Source of the DNA: a virus
Direction: 5' to 3' (one strand)
Length of the DNA stretch: 64,000 bases
IMG/VR virus record: IMGVR_UViG_3300027503_000002
Each line of letters opens with the position of its first letter. Within the stretch, counting starts at the first letter, position 1. The position numbers and the translations under genes were made by a program. Below the pieces are notes generated by a model. The model saw only the letters and a program-made list of their open reading frames with translations. It was not told where the DNA came from and made no database searches. Shown here one piece after another: positions 25,776 through 37,956 of the stretch.

Positions 25776-27398
25776 ATGTCTTTCAAATACAAAACAAGAT
25801 TAGACGGCATCTCATTCGCCTGTCATAAACTTGGGGACACAGATTTTCCGCTTATTTCAAAAGCTTCGCTCGACGAATTAAAAAAACTTTCGCCAAATAT
25901 TGATATAGAAAACAACCCAGATTTGCTGGGCGTTTCATTCAATCTTGCTGTTCCAAATATGATTAACAATAACGGCGATGGCATTTCTGGCGCCACTGCT
26001 TCTAAGATTGCAAAAAGATTCCTGCATAAATATCTGAATATTGAGCACAACAAGAAGCGAGTTGTCGGGCACATCACCAATTATTCGTTTAATAATTTTC
26101 AGACAAACGAGTTTATGAGCGACGATGACGCCGCTCGCACTCTTGATCCAGTTTATCTTTCTGTCGCAGGCGTCATCTACAGAACTGTAGACAAGTCGTT
26201 CACTTCCTTAATGTTGCGCAACTCTGATAAGAATGATAAGTTCAATAATGCAATTTCAGCAAGCTGGGAAATTGGTTTTAGCAGCTATTACTTAGCTATT
26301 GGAAGCCAGTCACTCAAAGAAGCAGAGATTGTCACTGATGCAGCGCAAGTTCAAGAACTTTCTCAGTTTTTAAAAGCAAAGGGCGGCAGCGGCAAGATGA
26401 AAGATGGCACTCCAATTTATCGTTTGATTGTTGGAGAGATTTATCCTCTTGGCGGCGGTTTTACCACTAATCCGGCGGCACAAGTTAATGGCGTCGTCGC
26501 TTTTGATAACGATGCCAGTATTTCTCTAAAAGACTCGGAGGACGAAAAAGAAGACGACAAAGAGGAAGAAAATCAAGATATCGAGACAGAAGAATCTTCT
26601 GCGGATTTTCGTGAAGAGGTCGCCGCCTTCTTGACGAATAAAAAATCAAATTCCATTTCAGTGATAAAAAATGTAAAAAATATAAACCATATGGACTTAG
26701 AAAAACTTATTTCAGAACTTAAGTCTGCCCTTTTGGAGAAAAAGTTTGGTGAAGAGGCCGTCGCTTCAATGACCAGCCAATTCGTAGAAGCTATCAAGCA
26801 AAAGGATGCAGAGTATCGCGAGTCTCTGTCCGCAGAGAAAAACGCTAAAGAGCAAGCTGAGAAGCTTTATAAAGAGACTGTCGCTTCCGTAGAGCAGATG
26901 AAGTCAGAGCTTTCCAAGACTCAAGAGGAGCTTAATCAAATTAAGAAAGTTCAAGCCGAAGAGCAAGCTCTCGCTCGTCAGAATGCTCGCGTAGCTGAAC
27001 TTGATGCCGCTTTCGATCTTTCTGATGATGATCGCAAGCTGGTTATCGGTGAAGTCCAAGCTCTTGACGCTTCCGAAGAGGCTTTCGCTTCTTACAAAGA
27101 GAAGTTCAATGCTATTTGGAAGCACAAAAACAAAGAGTTCGTCAAAGCCCAGCAGGCCGAGATCGAAAAGAAGATTTCCGAGCAAGTCGAGGCTCGTCTC
27201 AAGGAAGTTAGCAAAGCTTCCACTGTAACCGCAGAGGTTAAAGTCGAAGAGAAGAAGCCCGATGTCGATGCCGCCCTCGAAAGCGCTAAAGCGACAAACA
27301 CCGCGCCAGATAGCAAGATTTCTGGCGAACCCAGTCTCCGTGAGAAGTTTGCAAAAGCTTTCTCTCGCGAAAATATTAGCGTAAGCTATTCCAAATAA
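25776..27398 (+). CDS. prohead protease / scaffold fusion
   Basis: NIEHNK and SASWEI (His/Ser) N-terminal domain, acidic linker, long coiled-coil C-terminal half. Confidence 0.7.
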   Translation: MSFKYKTRLDGISFACHKLGDTDFPLISKASLDELKKLSPNIDIENNPDLLGVSFNLAVPNMINNNGDGISGATASKIAKRFLHKYLNIEHNKKRVVGHITNYSFNNFQTNEFMSDDDAARTLDPVYLSVAGVIYRTVDKSFTSLMLRNSDKNDKFNNAISASWEIGFSSYYLAIGSQSLKEAEIVTDAAQVQELSQFLKAKGGSGKMKDGTPIYRLIVGEIYPLGGGFTTNPAAQVNGVVAFDNDASISLKDSEDEKEDDKEEENQDIETEESSADFREEVAAFLTNKKSNSISVIKNVKNINHMDLEKLISELKSALLEKKFGEEAVASMTSQFVEAIKQKDAEYRESLSAEKNAKEQAEKLYKETVASVEQMKSELSKTQEELNQIKKVQAEEQALARQNARVAELDAAFDLSDDDRKLVIGEVQALDASEEAFASYKEKFNAIWKHKNKEFVKAQQAEIEKKISEQVEARLKEVSKASTVTAEVKVEEKKPDVDAALESAKATNTAPDSKISGEPSLREKFAKAFSRENISVSYSK

Positions 27399-27435
27399 TA
27401 AAAATTAACTGTAAAGCAAATTAAAGGATAACTAT

Positions 27436-28065
27436 ATGGCAAATCGTCTTCTACCGTTCCGTCAATATGACGAACATGATGTGGTAAACATGTACGCCCT
27501 TGTTGACGCAGCTGTCAACGAGAACGTAACTGGTGTTGGTACTGGTGATGCTGGTGTCTTCGTTAAAGTTTCCGCTGGTAACTTTGACCTCGACCCAGTC
27601 TCTTACGCTACCGACTCTTACCTCGGCAAAACTGACTACCCCTTTATGGGGGCTAACTCCTATCCCAAGGTTAATCTGAAGGTTACTCCTGCCGCCTCTG
27701 GCGACCTGACTAACTGCCTTGGTCTTACCCTCCGTCAGACTGCAAAGTTTGATGAGAACGGTGAGAAACTTCTCTATTACCGCCAGAAGGCTGAAGAGCT
27801 TATGTGCGTACTGCCCGGCCAAGCCGTTCCAGTCGCTACCCGTGGCATCTTCACCCTCGGCGCAAACGCTATCGACGGCACCCTGACCGTTGGTTCCGGT
27901 TTCAAACTTTCCGCTAATGGCGGCAAGATCACCGGCTGTCTGCACAGTGACGGTGGCAAACTCGGTATCGTTCTCGGCACCGGCTCACGCTCACCCCTCA
28001 CCTCAACTGCAAACCTCAATGACCAGTTCTCTGGCGTCTTCGCCGTAGTTGGTCTGCGCATGTAA
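27436..28065 (+). CDS. capsid decoration/cement protein
   Basis: Between scaffold and MCP; GQAVPVATRG motif; strongly biased codon usage. Confidence 0.6.
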   Translation: MANRLLPFRQYDEHDVVNMYALVDAAVNENVTGVGTGDAGVFVKVSAGNFDLDPVSYATDSYLGKTDYPFMGANSYPKVNLKVTPAASGDLTNCLGLTLRQTAKFDENGEKLLYYRQKAEELMCVLPGQAVPVATRGIFTLGANAIDGTLTVGSGFKLSANGGKITGCLHSDGGKLGIVLGTGSRSPLTSTANLNDQFSGVFAVVGLRM

Positions 28066-28084
28066 TAAGAAAGGAACTATCTAA

Positions 28085-29230
28085 ATGAAAATCACCTTAA
28101 AGCGCACTCCAGAACAAGTTGAGCTTATCAAAGCAATGGCTAGCCGTAATCGCACCGTTGCTTATGACGCTCAAGTCGCCCTTGCTGAATTTATCGGCCC
28201 CGTTCTCGCGGAAGTTGTAAACAATGCTCCCACACTGAGCAATCTGTTCACCACTCTGCCTTTTAACGCTGACGATAATCCCAGCATCCCACTCGACCTC
28301 TACTTCGACATCAATGACGAGGACTACATCACTGTATACTCGCAGTCAGTAGCTGGCGGTCTCCCCACCAATCAGGTTCTTCCCACCGTATCGGAGATGA
28401 AGATCACCACCTACAGCCTTGACAGCGCACTTTCGTTCGACCGCAAGTACGCCGCCAAGCACCGTATGGATGTTGTCGCCAAGACCTTCACCCGTATGGC
28501 TCAGGAAATCCTCCTGAAACAGGAGCGCACCTCTGCTAACCTCGTAATGTCCGTTCTCGCTACCGCTACCACCAATGGTAAAGATCACGTTCAACGTGCC
28601 AATGCCGCTGGTCGTTTCCTGCTGGCTGACCTGAACGAACTGCTCACCCTCGGCAAGCGTATCAACACCTCTTGGGCTAAGGGTACTCCTGCTGGTGGCG
28701 CCCGTGGTGGCCTGAGCGATCTTCTGGTTTCCCCAGAGATCGTCGAGCAGATCCGCGCTATGGCCTACAACCCCATCAATGTCAAGGGCTCGCCCTCCGT
28801 CGCTTCTGCTGGCAACGGCAGCGAGAACGGTATCGCCGCTCCTGATGAGATGCGTATGGCTGTTTACAACAGCGCTGGTATCCCCAGCTTCTATGGCGTA
28901 TCCATCCTTGAGTTCGGTGAAATGGGTAAAGGTCAGAAGTTCAACACCATCTTCGACACCGCTGCTGGTTCCGACACCTTCGCTAAGGCTGACGGTTCCA
29001 CTGGCGCTGCCCAGTTCGATGGTGCAACTGAAGAGATCCTCGTTGGTATCGACCGCTCCCGTGAGTCCCTGCTCCGTGTTGTTGCTACTGATCCAGACTC
29101 CAGCGCCGAGTTCACCCTCGTTGCTGACGACCAGTACAGCATCCGTCAGAACAAGATCGGCTACTTCGGTTCGATGGAAGAGGGTCGTATCATCCTCGAC
29201 ACCCGCGCCCTCGTAGGCAAGATCGTCTAA
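28085..29230 (+). CDS. major capsid protein
   Basis: 381 aa, position in head module, highly biased codons, AAGGA RBS, strong terminator downstream. Confidence 0.8.
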   Translation: MKITLKRTPEQVELIKAMASRNRTVAYDAQVALAEFIGPVLAEVVNNAPTLSNLFTTLPFNADDNPSIPLDLYFDINDEDYITVYSQSVAGGLPTNQVLPTVSEMKITTYSLDSALSFDRKYAAKHRMDVVAKTFTRMAQEILLKQERTSANLVMSVLATATTNGKDHVQRANAAGRFLLADLNELLTLGKRINTSWAKGTPAGGARGGLSDLLVSPEIVEQIRAMAYNPINVKGSPSVASAGNGSENGIAAPDEMRMAVYNSAGIPSFYGVSILEFGEMGKGQKFNTIFDTAAGSDTFAKADGSTGAAQFDGATEEILVGIDRSRESLLRVVATDPDSSAEFTLVADDQYSIRQNKIGYFGSMEEGRIILDTRALVGKIV

Positions 29231-29244
29231 GGTTAATGTTTAGC

Positions 29245-29277
29245 AAAAACCCGCCTCGAAAGGGGCGGGTTTTTTTA
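29245..29277 (+). terminator. intrinsic terminator after MCP
   Basis: AAAAACCCGCCTC-GAAA-GGGGCGGGTTTTTTT. Confidence 0.85.
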
Positions 29278-29322
29278 TTCTCTATAACATAGAAAAGTGT
29301 AAAATATAGAGTATTATCTTAT

Positions 29323-29718
29323 ATGGAAATCTCTACTGGACAAAGCAAGGCTCCTAAAAAGACAAATCTTATTGACGAAATTAATTCTATACAAGATAAG
29401 AACTCGCCCGAATACAGGGATAAAATCAGACAGCTAGAAAAGACTCTCGGAATCACAGAAATTAATATTTTTGGAACAGCTAACCGCAAGATTTTTGAAG
29501 AGAATCTAGACGTTATGTCTGATCGTCAAATTCAAGCTCTCGCTAGCAAGCTAAAAATTGATCCTGCTGGAAGCAGGCCAAATTTAAAGCAGCGACTACT
29601 TCGTCAATTTGACACTCAAAATGTTGCGAGCAGGGGATATTTTGTACCCCAGCCGCAAGCTAAACAAATTTTCTCTGATGATCAGAGAGAACAATTAAAC
29701 AAGGTTTTAAATGGCTAA
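29323..29718 (+). CDS. hypothetical protein
   Basis: ORF after a GTGTAAA motif. Confidence 0.65.
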   Translation: MEISTGQSKAPKKTNLIDEINSIQDKNSPEYRDKIRQLEKTLGITEINIFGTANRKIFEENLDVMSDRQIQALASKLKIDPAGSRPNLKQRLLRQFDTQNVASRGYFVPQPQAKQIFSDDQREQLNKVLNG

Positions 29719-30193
29719 CATCCAAGAGATAGCGAGTGGAATTTTTTATTACGAATTCGACGGCGATACTGGTGAGACAAATATCAGTATGATTTCTGGC
29801 TGGCTGTCAGCCAACCTTGGCGAGCTTAACAGTCTCATATACACAGATTATAGCGGCGCTTCTAGTGATTTAGGGTTAGAGGAGCAGAACATCCTCAAGC
29901 ACCTTTATTTGATGCATTATTACAAAAAGAAGTCGCGCAATGCAATCAAAACAATTGGAAGCGCAACGCCGACAAATAATGTTGTTTCAATTCGTGATGA
30001 AGATTCTTCTGTTACTTTCTTGAATGGCAACGAAGTTAGCAAACAGTTTGTAATTTTGTCAAAAGATCACGGCGCCGAATTAAATAGGTTAGTTCACGCT
30101 TACAATTCTTATCAGAGCAAGCCTGTGCAAGTTGTAGCTAAGAATATGGTCGGTGAAGTTTTAAATAGTTTAGCGACTGGATCTTTAACTTAA
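29711..30193 (+). CDS. putative head-tail adaptor/neck protein
   Basis: Position after MCP; helical protein. Confidence 0.45.
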   Translation: MANIQEIASGIFYYEFDGDTGETNISMISGWLSANLGELNSLIYTDYSGASSDLGLEEQNILKHLYLMHYYKKKSRNAIKTIGSATPTNNVVSIRDEDSSVTFLNGNEVSKQFVILSKDHGAELNRLVHAYNSYQSKPVQVVAKNMVGEVLNSLATGSLT

Positions 30194-30214
30194 ATTTAAT
30201 TAAAATTAAAAATC

Positions 30215-30243
30215 AAAAGCGCATCTTTTATGGTGCGCTTTTT
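30215..30243 (+). terminator. intrinsic terminator
   Basis: AAAAGCGCATC-TTTTAT-GGTGCGCTTTT. Confidence 0.7.
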
Positions 30244-30264
30244 GTGTAAATTGTATTAAGCGCC

Positions 30265-30606
30265 ATGCCAGCCTCCACCTACAATATTTCAATCGAAAGG
30301 AATGTAGATTTCTGTTTAGTGCTAACTTTGAAGAATGATACTGGAACAACCATTGATGTAACTAATGCCACAATTGATGCAGAAATCAAACAAGATTATT
30401 ACTTTCCAAATCTTCAAACTTTCACGGTCACTAAAATCACCCCGGCTTCAGGCTTAATTAAGCTAACCCTGACTGCGGCACAAACTGCCGCTCTTCACCC
30501 TGGTCCTTTAAAGTACGATGTGTTAGTCAAATACGCAGATAATACAATTCAAAAAATATTAAAAGGAACAGTAAACGTAGACACTAACATCTCAACATTA
30601 TCATAA
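30265..30606 (+). CDS. virion structural protein (fibre anchor-like)
   Basis: [19 protein letters not shown] pattern seen at fibre/baseplate N-termini. Confidence 0.55.
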   Translation: MPASTYNISIERNVDFCLVLTLKNDTGTTIDVTNATIDAEIKQDYYFPNLQTFTVTKITPASGLIKLTLTAAQTAALHPGPLKYDVLVKYADNTIQKILKGTVNVDTNISTLS

Positions 30607-30607
30607 C

Positions 30608-33600
30608 ATGTCTCATACAGTTGTAGAGGTCATCGTTTCCGGTATATGCGGACCAGTCGAAATCGTAGAGACTTCAACTGGCGTTTGCCCTCCAACTGAG
30701 ATAGTTGAGGTTGATCAGATTATTGGTAATGGTACTAGTGGTATAAATGGAACCAGTGGGACAAACGGTACAAGCGGCACCAGTGGATCAAGTGGCATAA
30801 GTGGTAGCAGCGGCTCTTCTGGTACAAGCGGCACCGCCGGAACAAGTGGCTCTTCTGGCACAAGCGGAATCAATGGCACAAGCGGTTCAAGCGGCACAGC
30901 GGGGACAAGTGGTTCAAGCGGAATCAATGGAACAAGCGGCACGACTGGAACAAGCGGCAGTAGTGGTACTAGTGGCGTAAATGGGACCAGTGGCACTACA
31001 GGAACTAGCGGTTCTTCAGGAACGAATGGAACAAGTGGCAGTAGTGGTAGCAGTGGCGTTAGCGGTACAAGTGGTACAGCTGGAACAAGTGGAACTTCAG
31101 GAAGTAGCGGTATTAATGGAACAAGTGGCACTACGGGCACCAGCGGTTCAAGTGGAAGCAGCGGAGTTAGTGGTACTAGTGGTTCTTCAGGAACTAGTGG
31201 CACAGCGGGCACCAGCGGTATTAATGGAACCAGTGGCAGCAGTGGCTCTAGCGGAACGAGTGGCACAGATGGCACAAGTGGCATCAATGGCACTAGTGGA
31301 TCTAGCGGAACCAGTGGAACTTCCGGTTCAAGTGGAACTTCAGGTTCCAGTGGAAGTAGCGGCACAGATGGTACCAGTGGAACAAGTGCTACGAGTGGCG
31401 TAAATGGAACCAGCGGCACCGATGGAACAAGTGGTTCTAGCGGTACAAGTGGTTCTAGCGGATCTAGTGGAACCACCGGCACTAGCGGTACAGCAGGTAC
31501 TAGCGGCGTTAACGGTACTAGCGGTGTAAATGGCACCAGCGGCACTGATGGCACAAGTGGCAGCAGTGGCTCTAGTGGTTCTTCTGGTACCGCAGGCACA
31601 TCAGGTCAAAACGGTAACTTTGGCGGCGCTTCTTTTAAATATAATTTTAGTTCAGTAACAACTGATATTGATCCAGGAGCGGGTAATTTCGCCTTTAACC
31701 AATCGACTCAAGACACATCCACAAGAATTAATCTTGACGATGTGGATCTGAATAACTCCGATATTCAGAATTATCTCAGGACGATTGATGATTCAACATC
31801 GACAATCAAAGGTCACGTAAAAGTAAGCAAGCTATTTGATACTGGAACTTTTATTCTGTTTACTATCAGCGCAACAGAAGAGGCTTCTGGATTTTTTAAG
31901 ATTACTGTTTCTCCTGTAGATAGTTCAAGCGCCAATCCTTTTAGTGATGGTGATGATTGCATTCTTACATTTGCCAGAACTGGTGACAAAGGAGATAATG
32001 GATCAAATGGCACAAGTGGCAGCAGCGGCAGCAGTGGCAGCAGCGGTACAAGTGGAGTTAACGGCACTAGTGGCACTGATGGCACTAGCGGAATAAACGG
32101 AACTAGCGGCTCAAGTGGTTCAAGTGGAACAACTGGAACTAGTGGCTCTAGCGGTACCGATGGTACTAGCGGCGTTGATGGAACTAGTGGATCTAGTGGT
32201 AGTAGCGGTTCTAGTGGCAGCAGCGGCATCAATGGAACTAGCGGCACTACGGGAACAAGCGGTAGCAGTGGCACAGCCGGAACAGATGGAACTAGTGGCT
32301 CTAGTGGAACATCTGGCATAAACGGAACAAGTGGATCTAGTGGCGTTAACGGTACTAGTGGATCAAGTGGCATAACTGGAACTAGCGGGACTAATGGAAC
32401 TAGTGGGAGCAGCGGCAGCAGCGGTGCAGATGGAACTAGTGGCGTTAATGGAGCCAATGGTTCATCTGGCACAAGTGGTGTAAATGGCTCTAATGGCACA
32501 AGTGGTGCAGCGGGCACAAGCGGCAGCAGTGGTACTAGTGGTGCTACAGGTTCTTCTGGCGCAAGTGGTAGTAGCGGTACAAGCGGTACAGCCGGAACAA
32601 GTGGTAGCAGCGGTACTGATGGTGTCGCAGGCGCTAGTGGAACCAGTGGCTCTAGCGGAACAAGTGGCGCGACTGGATCTTCTGGCGCGAGCGGAACCAG
32701 TGGCACTAGCGGAGCCAACGGCGCTAATGGTTCTAGCGGAACTAGTGGCCAAACTGGCACAAGCGGCACAAGCGGTAACAGCCTTGCGGTTTCCGGTACT
32801 CCAACCTATCTAGCTAAATTTACTACAACAGGAACAATTGGCGACAGCATTGCTTATGAATCTGGCAGTTTAATCACTGTTTCTGGTTCAGTAAAAACAA
32901 ATGAATTAATATTCAATACTGGTTACGCCGACCCCGTTGGTGTTGGCGAAATGAACTGGAATGATGGTCGTGGCACAGTTAGCCTTGGCCTTCTTGGTGG
33001 TAATGTTGATCTCGATCTTGGTCAGCAAATGTTTGAGCGAGTCACCAATCAAACAACTGGTACTCTTTCCAAGGGCACTGTTGTTTATGTTTCCGGCGCC
33101 CAAGGAAATAAAATCATTGTTCAAAAATCTTACGCTGGTAGCGAAATGGGCTCCACAAAAACATTCGGCCTTATGGCTGAAGATGTTGCTGTTGGTGCCG
33201 ATGGCTACGTTATCATCAACGGACTTCTCAAGGGAATAAACACAACTGGTATTCCAGAGGGCGCTTCTCTCTGGCTGTCGCCAACAATTTCCGGCGCTTA
33301 TCAAACTGGAATTCCAATCGCGCCAGATCACGGCGTCTTTCTTGGCTACGTCGTGCGCGCGCATCAGAGCGCGGGCGAGATCCTTGTTAAAGTTCAAAAT
33401 GGTTATGAATTGCAAGAGTTGCACAACGTTCGCCTGATTGGTGTTCAGGACAACGATATGCTGTCCTATCATTCGGCTTCTGGTGTTTGGTTTAATACAA
33501 ACACTCTTGAGCTTAATGGCACTGGTCAGCATTTTATTTCTGGCAGCTTGGACATTTTCAGGACATTCTACGCCGAATCTATCGAGCGCAACGTTGATGT

Positions 33601-36385
33601 AAAAACTACAGGTTATGTTGTCACAACTCTTGATGACGTTATCGTTGGTAATTCCTCTTCGCCAATTACTGTCACACTGATTTCCGCCTCGGCTAATAGC
33701 GGCAGACAGTATACGATAAAAAATAAAGGCACTGGAACTCTAACAATCGACGCCACTTCTCTTGGTCAAATTGATGGCGCCAATACTTACGTTTTAGATC
33801 AGTACGAAGCAGTTACTGTAATTAGCGACGGATCAACTTGGAACGTGGCTGTTGGTGGAACTTCTGGCTCATCTGGTACAAGCGGTACTGCTGGCTCGTC
33901 TGGATCAAGTGGTACTTCTGGTACAACTGGCACTTCTGGTTCTTCAGGCACGAATGGCTCCAATGGTACTAGCGGTGTTAATGGTACGAGCGGAACAACT
34001 GGTACTAGCGGCTCATCAGGTACTAGTGGTGCAAATGGCGCTAACGGCACCAGCGGTACAACTGGCACTAGCGGTACAGCAGGCACCAGCGGCGCGAACG
34101 GTGCTAATGGCACAAGCGGTGTCAATGGTACTAGCGGTACGACCGGCACTAGCGGCACCAGCGGAGCAAATGGCGCCAACGGTACTAGTGGTGTAAACGG
34201 TACAAGCGGGATTAATGGCACAAGCGGCACAGCTGGTACCAGCGGAGCAAACGGCGCTGTTGGCACTAGCGGTACAACAGGCACAAGTGGCACTAGTGGC
34301 ACCAGCCCACTAGTTGGATGGTCGGTAAAAACATCTAGCTATACAGCGGTAAACGGTGATCGCCTTCTCGCTGACACTTCAGCTGGAGCATTTACTATTA
34401 CTTTGCCAGCTTCTCCATCTGCTGGTCATTATGTAGAATTTAATGATCCAGAAGAAACTTGGCCGATAAATAATCTGACAATTGCAAGAAATGGTTCTAG
34501 AATCGATAGCTTGCTTGAAGATCTTGTATGTAATATTTCAGCTACAATCGGCTTAACTTATATTGATGCGACAATTGGTTGGAAAATCGATGTTATTTCT
34601 GAAATCGGTGGCACTCAAGGAACTAGTGGTAGCAGTGGCATTAATGGTACCAGTGGTATCAATGGCACTAGCGGTACAAATGGGACTAGCGGAACTACTG
34701 GTACTAGTGGTACTACCGGAACTAGTGGAATTAATGGCACAAGTGGTGTTAATGGTACGAGCGGAGTCAATGGAACAAGTGGCACAACTGGTACTAGCGG
34801 CATTAACGGAACCAGTGGTACTACTGGCACTAGCGGTACAGCAGGCACTAGCGGCGCAAATGGCGCTAACGGCACTAGCGGCGTCAATGGCACTAGCGGT
34901 ACAACGGGTACAAGTGGCACTAGCGGTGCAAATGGCACCAGTGGCACGACAGGTACTAGCGGCGCAAATGGCGCTAATGGTACAAGTGGAGTTAACGGAA
35001 CTAGTGGCGTTAATGGCGCAGCTGGGACAAGTGGTACAGCTGGTACTAGCGGTGCAAATGGTGCTGCTGGCACTAGTGGGACAACAGGTACTAGCGGTAC
35101 AAGCGGAACTAGCCCACTTGTTGGCTGGACGGTAAAAACCTCAAATTACACCGCAGTTAATGGTGATCGTATTCTTGCAGACACTTCTGCTGGCGCTTTT
35201 ACGATTACCCTACCAGCTACTCCATCTGCTGGTAACTATGTTGAAATTAATGATTTTAAAGAAACTTGGCCAACTAATAATTTAACTGTAGCTAGAAATG
35301 GATCGAGAATCGAAAGCTTGTTAGAAGACTTAACTTGTAATTTCTCTGCTCTTCTAGGATTTACTTATATCGATGCTACAATCGGCTGGAAAGTAGACTT
35401 TATCGCTGAACTTGGCGGAACACAGGGCACTAGTGGTACCAGTGGCGCAAATGGCACAAGTGGCGTAAGTGGAACAAGCGGCACAAATGGCACAAGCGGA
35501 AGCAGTGGTGCTAGCGGTACTAGTGGCGTTAACGGTACCAGCGGTGTAAATGGAACAAGTGGTACCAGTGGCGCAAATGGCACAAGCGGTGTAAACGGAA
35601 CGAGCGGCGTCAATGGAACTTCTGGTACAAGCGGTGCTAATGGCGCTGCTGGAACCAGCGGTGTTAATGGAACGAGTGGTACTAGCGGCGCGAACGGTGC
35701 TAATGGCACTAGCGGTATAAATGGTACTTCTGGCACCACTGGCACTAGCGGCACAAGTGGAGCTAATGGTGCAGCTGGTGCTAACGGAACTAGCGGAACT
35801 ACAGGAACAAGTGGTACAAGCGGCGCTAATGGCGCAGCGGGTGCAGCGGGTACCAGTGGCACAACTGGCACTAGCGGTACAAGTGGTGCTAACGGTGCGG
35901 CAGGCACAAGTGGCACAAGTGGCGCTGGAACTATTTCTGGCACTACCAATACAATTGCTAAATTTACTTCTTCAACTGCCGTTGGCAATTCTTCTATTAC
36001 TGACACTGGATCGCTTGTAACAATCGGCGTTAATACCACAATCAACGGCCATATGGCCGCGCAGACCAAGGCGTTCCTTATTGACCACCCCACAAAGAGC
36101 GGAATGAAGTTGCAGTACGCCTGCTTGGAAGGCCCAGAAAACGGCGTGTACGTGCGCGGGCGCGGGCGCGGGGGCGTGATCTCACTGCCCGATTACTGGG
36201 TCGCGCTGGTTGATCCTCAGTCTATCACTGTTCAACTCACTCCGTTTGGCTATCAGCAAAACCTTTATGTTGAAAAAATTGAAGGCAACTTTATTTATAT
36301 ATCGTCAGACTCGCCCGATCTGGATTATTTTTATATAGTCTACGCCGAGCGTGTTGATGTAGAGAAACTTAAAGTGGAGTTTTAA
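30608..36385 (+). CDS. 1925-aa fibre protein with Gly-X-Y ([12 protein letters not shown]) collagen-like tracts and globular domains
   Basis: Gly at every third residue over five long tracts; duplicated [18 protein letters not shown] domains; C-terminal [17 protein letters not shown] domain. Confidence 0.8.
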   Translation: MSHTVVEVIVSGICGPVEIVETSTGVCPPTEIVEVDQIIGNGTSGINGTSGTNGTSGTSGSSGISGSSGSSGTSGTAGTSGSSGTSGINGTSGSSGTAGTSGSSGINGTSGTTGTSGSSGTSGVNGTSGTTGTSGSSGTNGTSGSSGSSGVSGTSGTAGTSGTSGSSGINGTSGTTGTSGSSGSSGVSGTSGSSGTSGTAGTSGINGTSGSSGSSGTSGTDGTSGINGTSGSSGTSGTSGSSGTSGSSGSSGTDGTSGTSATSGVNGTSGTDGTSGSSGTSGSSGSSGTTGTSGTAGTSGVNGTSGVNGTSGTDGTSGSSGSSGSSGTAGTSGQNGNFGGASFKYNFSSVTTDIDPGAGNFAFNQSTQDTSTRINLDDVDLNNSDIQNYLRTIDDSTSTIKGHVKVSKLFDTGTFILFTISATEEASGFFKITVSPVDSSSANPFSDGDDCILTFARTGDKGDNGSNGTSGSSGSSGSSGTSGVNGTSGTDGTSGINGTSGSSGSSGTTGTSGSSGTDGTSGVDGTSGSSGSSGSSGSSGINGTSGTTGTSGSSGTAGTDGTSGSSGTSGINGTSGSSGVNGTSGSSGITGTSGTNGTSGSSGSSGADGTSGVNGANGSSGTSGVNGSNGTSGAAGTSGSSGTSGATGSSGASGSSGTSGTAGTSGSSGTDGVAGASGTSGSSGTSGATGSSGASGTSGTSGANGANGSSGTSGQTGTSGTSGNSLAVSGTPTYLAKFTTTGTIGDSIAYESGSLITVSGSVKTNELIFNTGYADPVGVGEMNWNDGRGTVSLGLLGGNVDLDLGQQMFERVTNQTTGTLSKGTVVYVSGAQGNKIIVQKSYAGSEMGSTKTFGLMAEDVAVGADGYVIINGLLKGINTTGIPEGASLWLSPTISGAYQTGIPIAPDHGVFLGYVVRAHQSAGEILVKVQNGYELQELHNVRLIGVQDNDMLSYHSASGVWFNTNTLELNGTGQHFISGSLDIFRTFYAESIERNVDVKTTGYVVTTLDDVIVGNSSSPITVTLISASANSGRQYTIKNKGTGTLTIDATSLGQIDGANTYVLDQYEAVTVISDGSTWNVAVGGTSGSSGTSGTAGSSGSSGTSGTTGTSGSSGTNGSNGTSGVNGTSGTTGTSGSSGTSGANGANGTSGTTGTSGTAGTSGANGANGTSGVNGTSGTTGTSGTSGANGANGTSGVNGTSGINGTSGTAGTSGANGAVGTSGTTGTSGTSGTSPLVGWSVKTSSYTAVNGDRLLADTSAGAFTITLPASPSAGHYVEFNDPEETWPINNLTIARNGSRIDSLLEDLVCNISATIGLTYIDATIGWKIDVISEIGGTQGTSGSSGINGTSGINGTSGTNGTSGTTGTSGTTGTSGINGTSGVNGTSGVNGTSGTTGTSGINGTSGTTGTSGTAGTSGANGANGTSGVNGTSGTTGTSGTSGANGTSGTTGTSGANGANGTSGVNGTSGVNGAAGTSGTAGTSGANGAAGTSGTTGTSGTSGTSPLVGWTVKTSNYTAVNGDRILADTSAGAFTITLPATPSAGNYVEINDFKETWPTNNLTVARNGSRIESLLEDLTCNFSALLGFTYIDATIGWKVDFIAELGGTQGTSGTSGANGTSGVSGTSGTNGTSGSSGASGTSGVNGTSGVNGTSGTSGANGTSGVNGTSGVNGTSGTSGANGAAGTSGVNGTSGTSGANGANGTSGINGTSGTTGTSGTSGANGAAGANGTSGTTGTSGTSGANGAAGAAGTSGTTGTSGTSGANGAAGTSGTSGAGTISGTTNTIAKFTSSTAVGNSSITDTGSLVTIGVNTTINGHMAAQTKAFLIDHPTKSGMKLQYACLEGPENGVYVRGRGRGGVISLPDYWVALVDPQSITVQLTPFGYQQNLYVEKIEGNFIYISSDSPDLDYFYIVYAERVDVEKLKVEF

Positions 36386-36386
36386 T

Positions 36387-37019
36387 ATGCCGAATAATTA
36401 TGGGCCAAGGATAGTTACAGATGGGTTAGTGCTGTGCTTGGATGCGGGGAACTCAAAAAGCTATCCGGGTAGCGGGACAGCTTGGAATGATTTAAGTCGA
36501 AATGGAAACAATGGAACTTTGAATGGACCAACGTTTAATAGCGCAGATAGGGGAAGTATTGTGTTTGATGGCACTAATGATTATGTTTCAACTAATTATA
36601 CTCAACCCGCATATACTACAGCTTCGTCATTTACTTGGAACACTTGGGTAAAACCAACAAGAAATAGCAGCGCCGACATCATAATGGGTTGTAGACAAGG
36701 GGATTTTACAAAACTTACTACAAGTAATATGGAATATTTTCCAACAATTTTTGGTGGAGCAATGCCCATCGGGTCTTGGATAAACGTATGCGTCGTTAAA
36801 AATGGCACAAGTTTGTCTTATTACAGAAATGGAGTTTTGATTGCAAGCACCACAAGTTCCACCACAAAAAATTCCGCTTTATTTTTTGTTGGAGGTGACA
36901 ATTTGGCTGGAGAGTATGGGGCTTTTAGCGTAGCAGTTGCTCAAGTGTATGGTAGAGCATTGTCGCCATCAGAAATCCTTCAAAACTACAATGCCATCAA
37001 AGGCCGATTTAAACTTTAA
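36387..37019 (+). CDS. LamG/concanavalin-A-like lectin protein
   Basis: IVTDGLVLCLDAGN.KSY.GSGT.W.D ... YGRALS..EI.QNYNA.KGRF. Confidence 0.75.
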   Translation: MPNNYGPRIVTDGLVLCLDAGNSKSYPGSGTAWNDLSRNGNNGTLNGPTFNSADRGSIVFDGTNDYVSTNYTQPAYTTASSFTWNTWVKPTRNSSADIIMGCRQGDFTKLTTSNMEYFPTIFGGAMPIGSWINVCVVKNGTSLSYYRNGVLIASTTSSTTKNSALFFVGGDNLAGEYGAFSVAVAQVYGRALSPSEILQNYNAIKGRFKL

Positions 37020-37022
37020 ACT

Positions 37023-37283
37023 ATGAGTCACCAATTCGAACATCGCGAATACTTAATCATTCCAGTCTCCGAATTAACGAAGGTTAATTTTGATGAAGTT
37101 CTTGAAACTTCTGCCGAAACTGTGCGCAAATCAATCGATCAAGCTAAAACATTTGTGAAGTGGGACGGCGAAGCGCCAGCGTTCGCCGCCACAATCTCTG
37201 GGGCAGAAGGTCCATATACTTACGAGGAAATTTTAGATATCCTGACAGGTGTCGGTTGGACCCAGACTGGAATGCCTATTTAA
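37023..37283 (+). CDS. small hypothetical virion-associated protein
   Basis: ETSAETVRKS..KTFVKW, GPYTYEEIL; lies between LamG genes. Confidence 0.6.
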   Translation: MSHQFEHREYLIIPVSELTKVNFDEVLETSAETVRKSIDQAKTFVKWDGEAPAFAATISGAEGPYTYEEILDILTGVGWTQTGMPI

Positions 37284-37284
37284 A

Positions 37285-37956
37285 ATGTACAGCAACGGTC
37301 CAAAAATAGTTACAGATGGCCTTGTGCTATGTTTGGATGCTGGAAACCCGAAAAGCTATTCGGGCAGTGGAACAGCTTGGACAGATATTAGCAGAAATGG
37401 TATAAATGGAACGCTAACAAACGGTCCAACATATAGCAGTGCCAATAATGGAAGCATCATATTTGATGGTGTTGATGACTATGTTATATTTAGTGGTACA
37501 ATCGTGACATCCACCGCCACTTTTTTGATTTGGATATATAGAAATGGAGATCAAGCACAATATGATGGCGTGTTTCTTTCCAGAGGAACAAACGTGACTG
37601 GGTTAAACTTTTTTAGCAGCAACCAGATTGGCTATCATTGGAATGATAACGCAAATACTTATAATTGGGCCAGCGGTTTGATCGTGCCGAATTTGCAATG
37701 GTCTCTTTGTGCGGTTTCTGTGGGAGCAACTTCAGCAACCGCATATCTATGTCAGCAAACTGGAATAACTTCCGCCGTTAACAATGTGAGTCACGCATCA
37801 ACCACTTTAAACAATATACAAATGGGGCGAGATAGTGGTTTTGGTAACAGATTTTTTGCGGGAAACATAGCAGTTGCTCAAATATATAACAGAGCATTGT
37901 CCCGCGCTGAAATAATTCAAAACTACAACGCCACCAAAGGAAGGTTCAAGCTATGA
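37285..37956 (+). CDS. LamG/concanavalin-A-like lectin protein
   Basis: Paralog of 36387; ATG at 37285. Confidence 0.75.
   Translation: MYSNGPKIVTDGLVLCLDAGNPKSYSGSGTAWTDISRNGINGTLTNGPTYSSANNGSIIFDGVDDYVIFSGTIVTSTATFLIWIYRNGDQAQYDGVFLSRGTNVTGLNFFSSNQIGYHWNDNANTYNWASGLIVPNLQWSLCAVSVGATSATAYLCQQTGITSAVNNVSHASTTLNNIQMGRDSGFGNRFFAGNIAVAQIYNRALSRAEIIQNYNATKGRFKL

Noticed and set aside
30715-36093. Long minus-strand PLVP-repeat ORFs and alternative-frame ORFs
   Set aside because: Shadows of the GTS-repeat fibre gene; the repeat codons lack stops in those frames.
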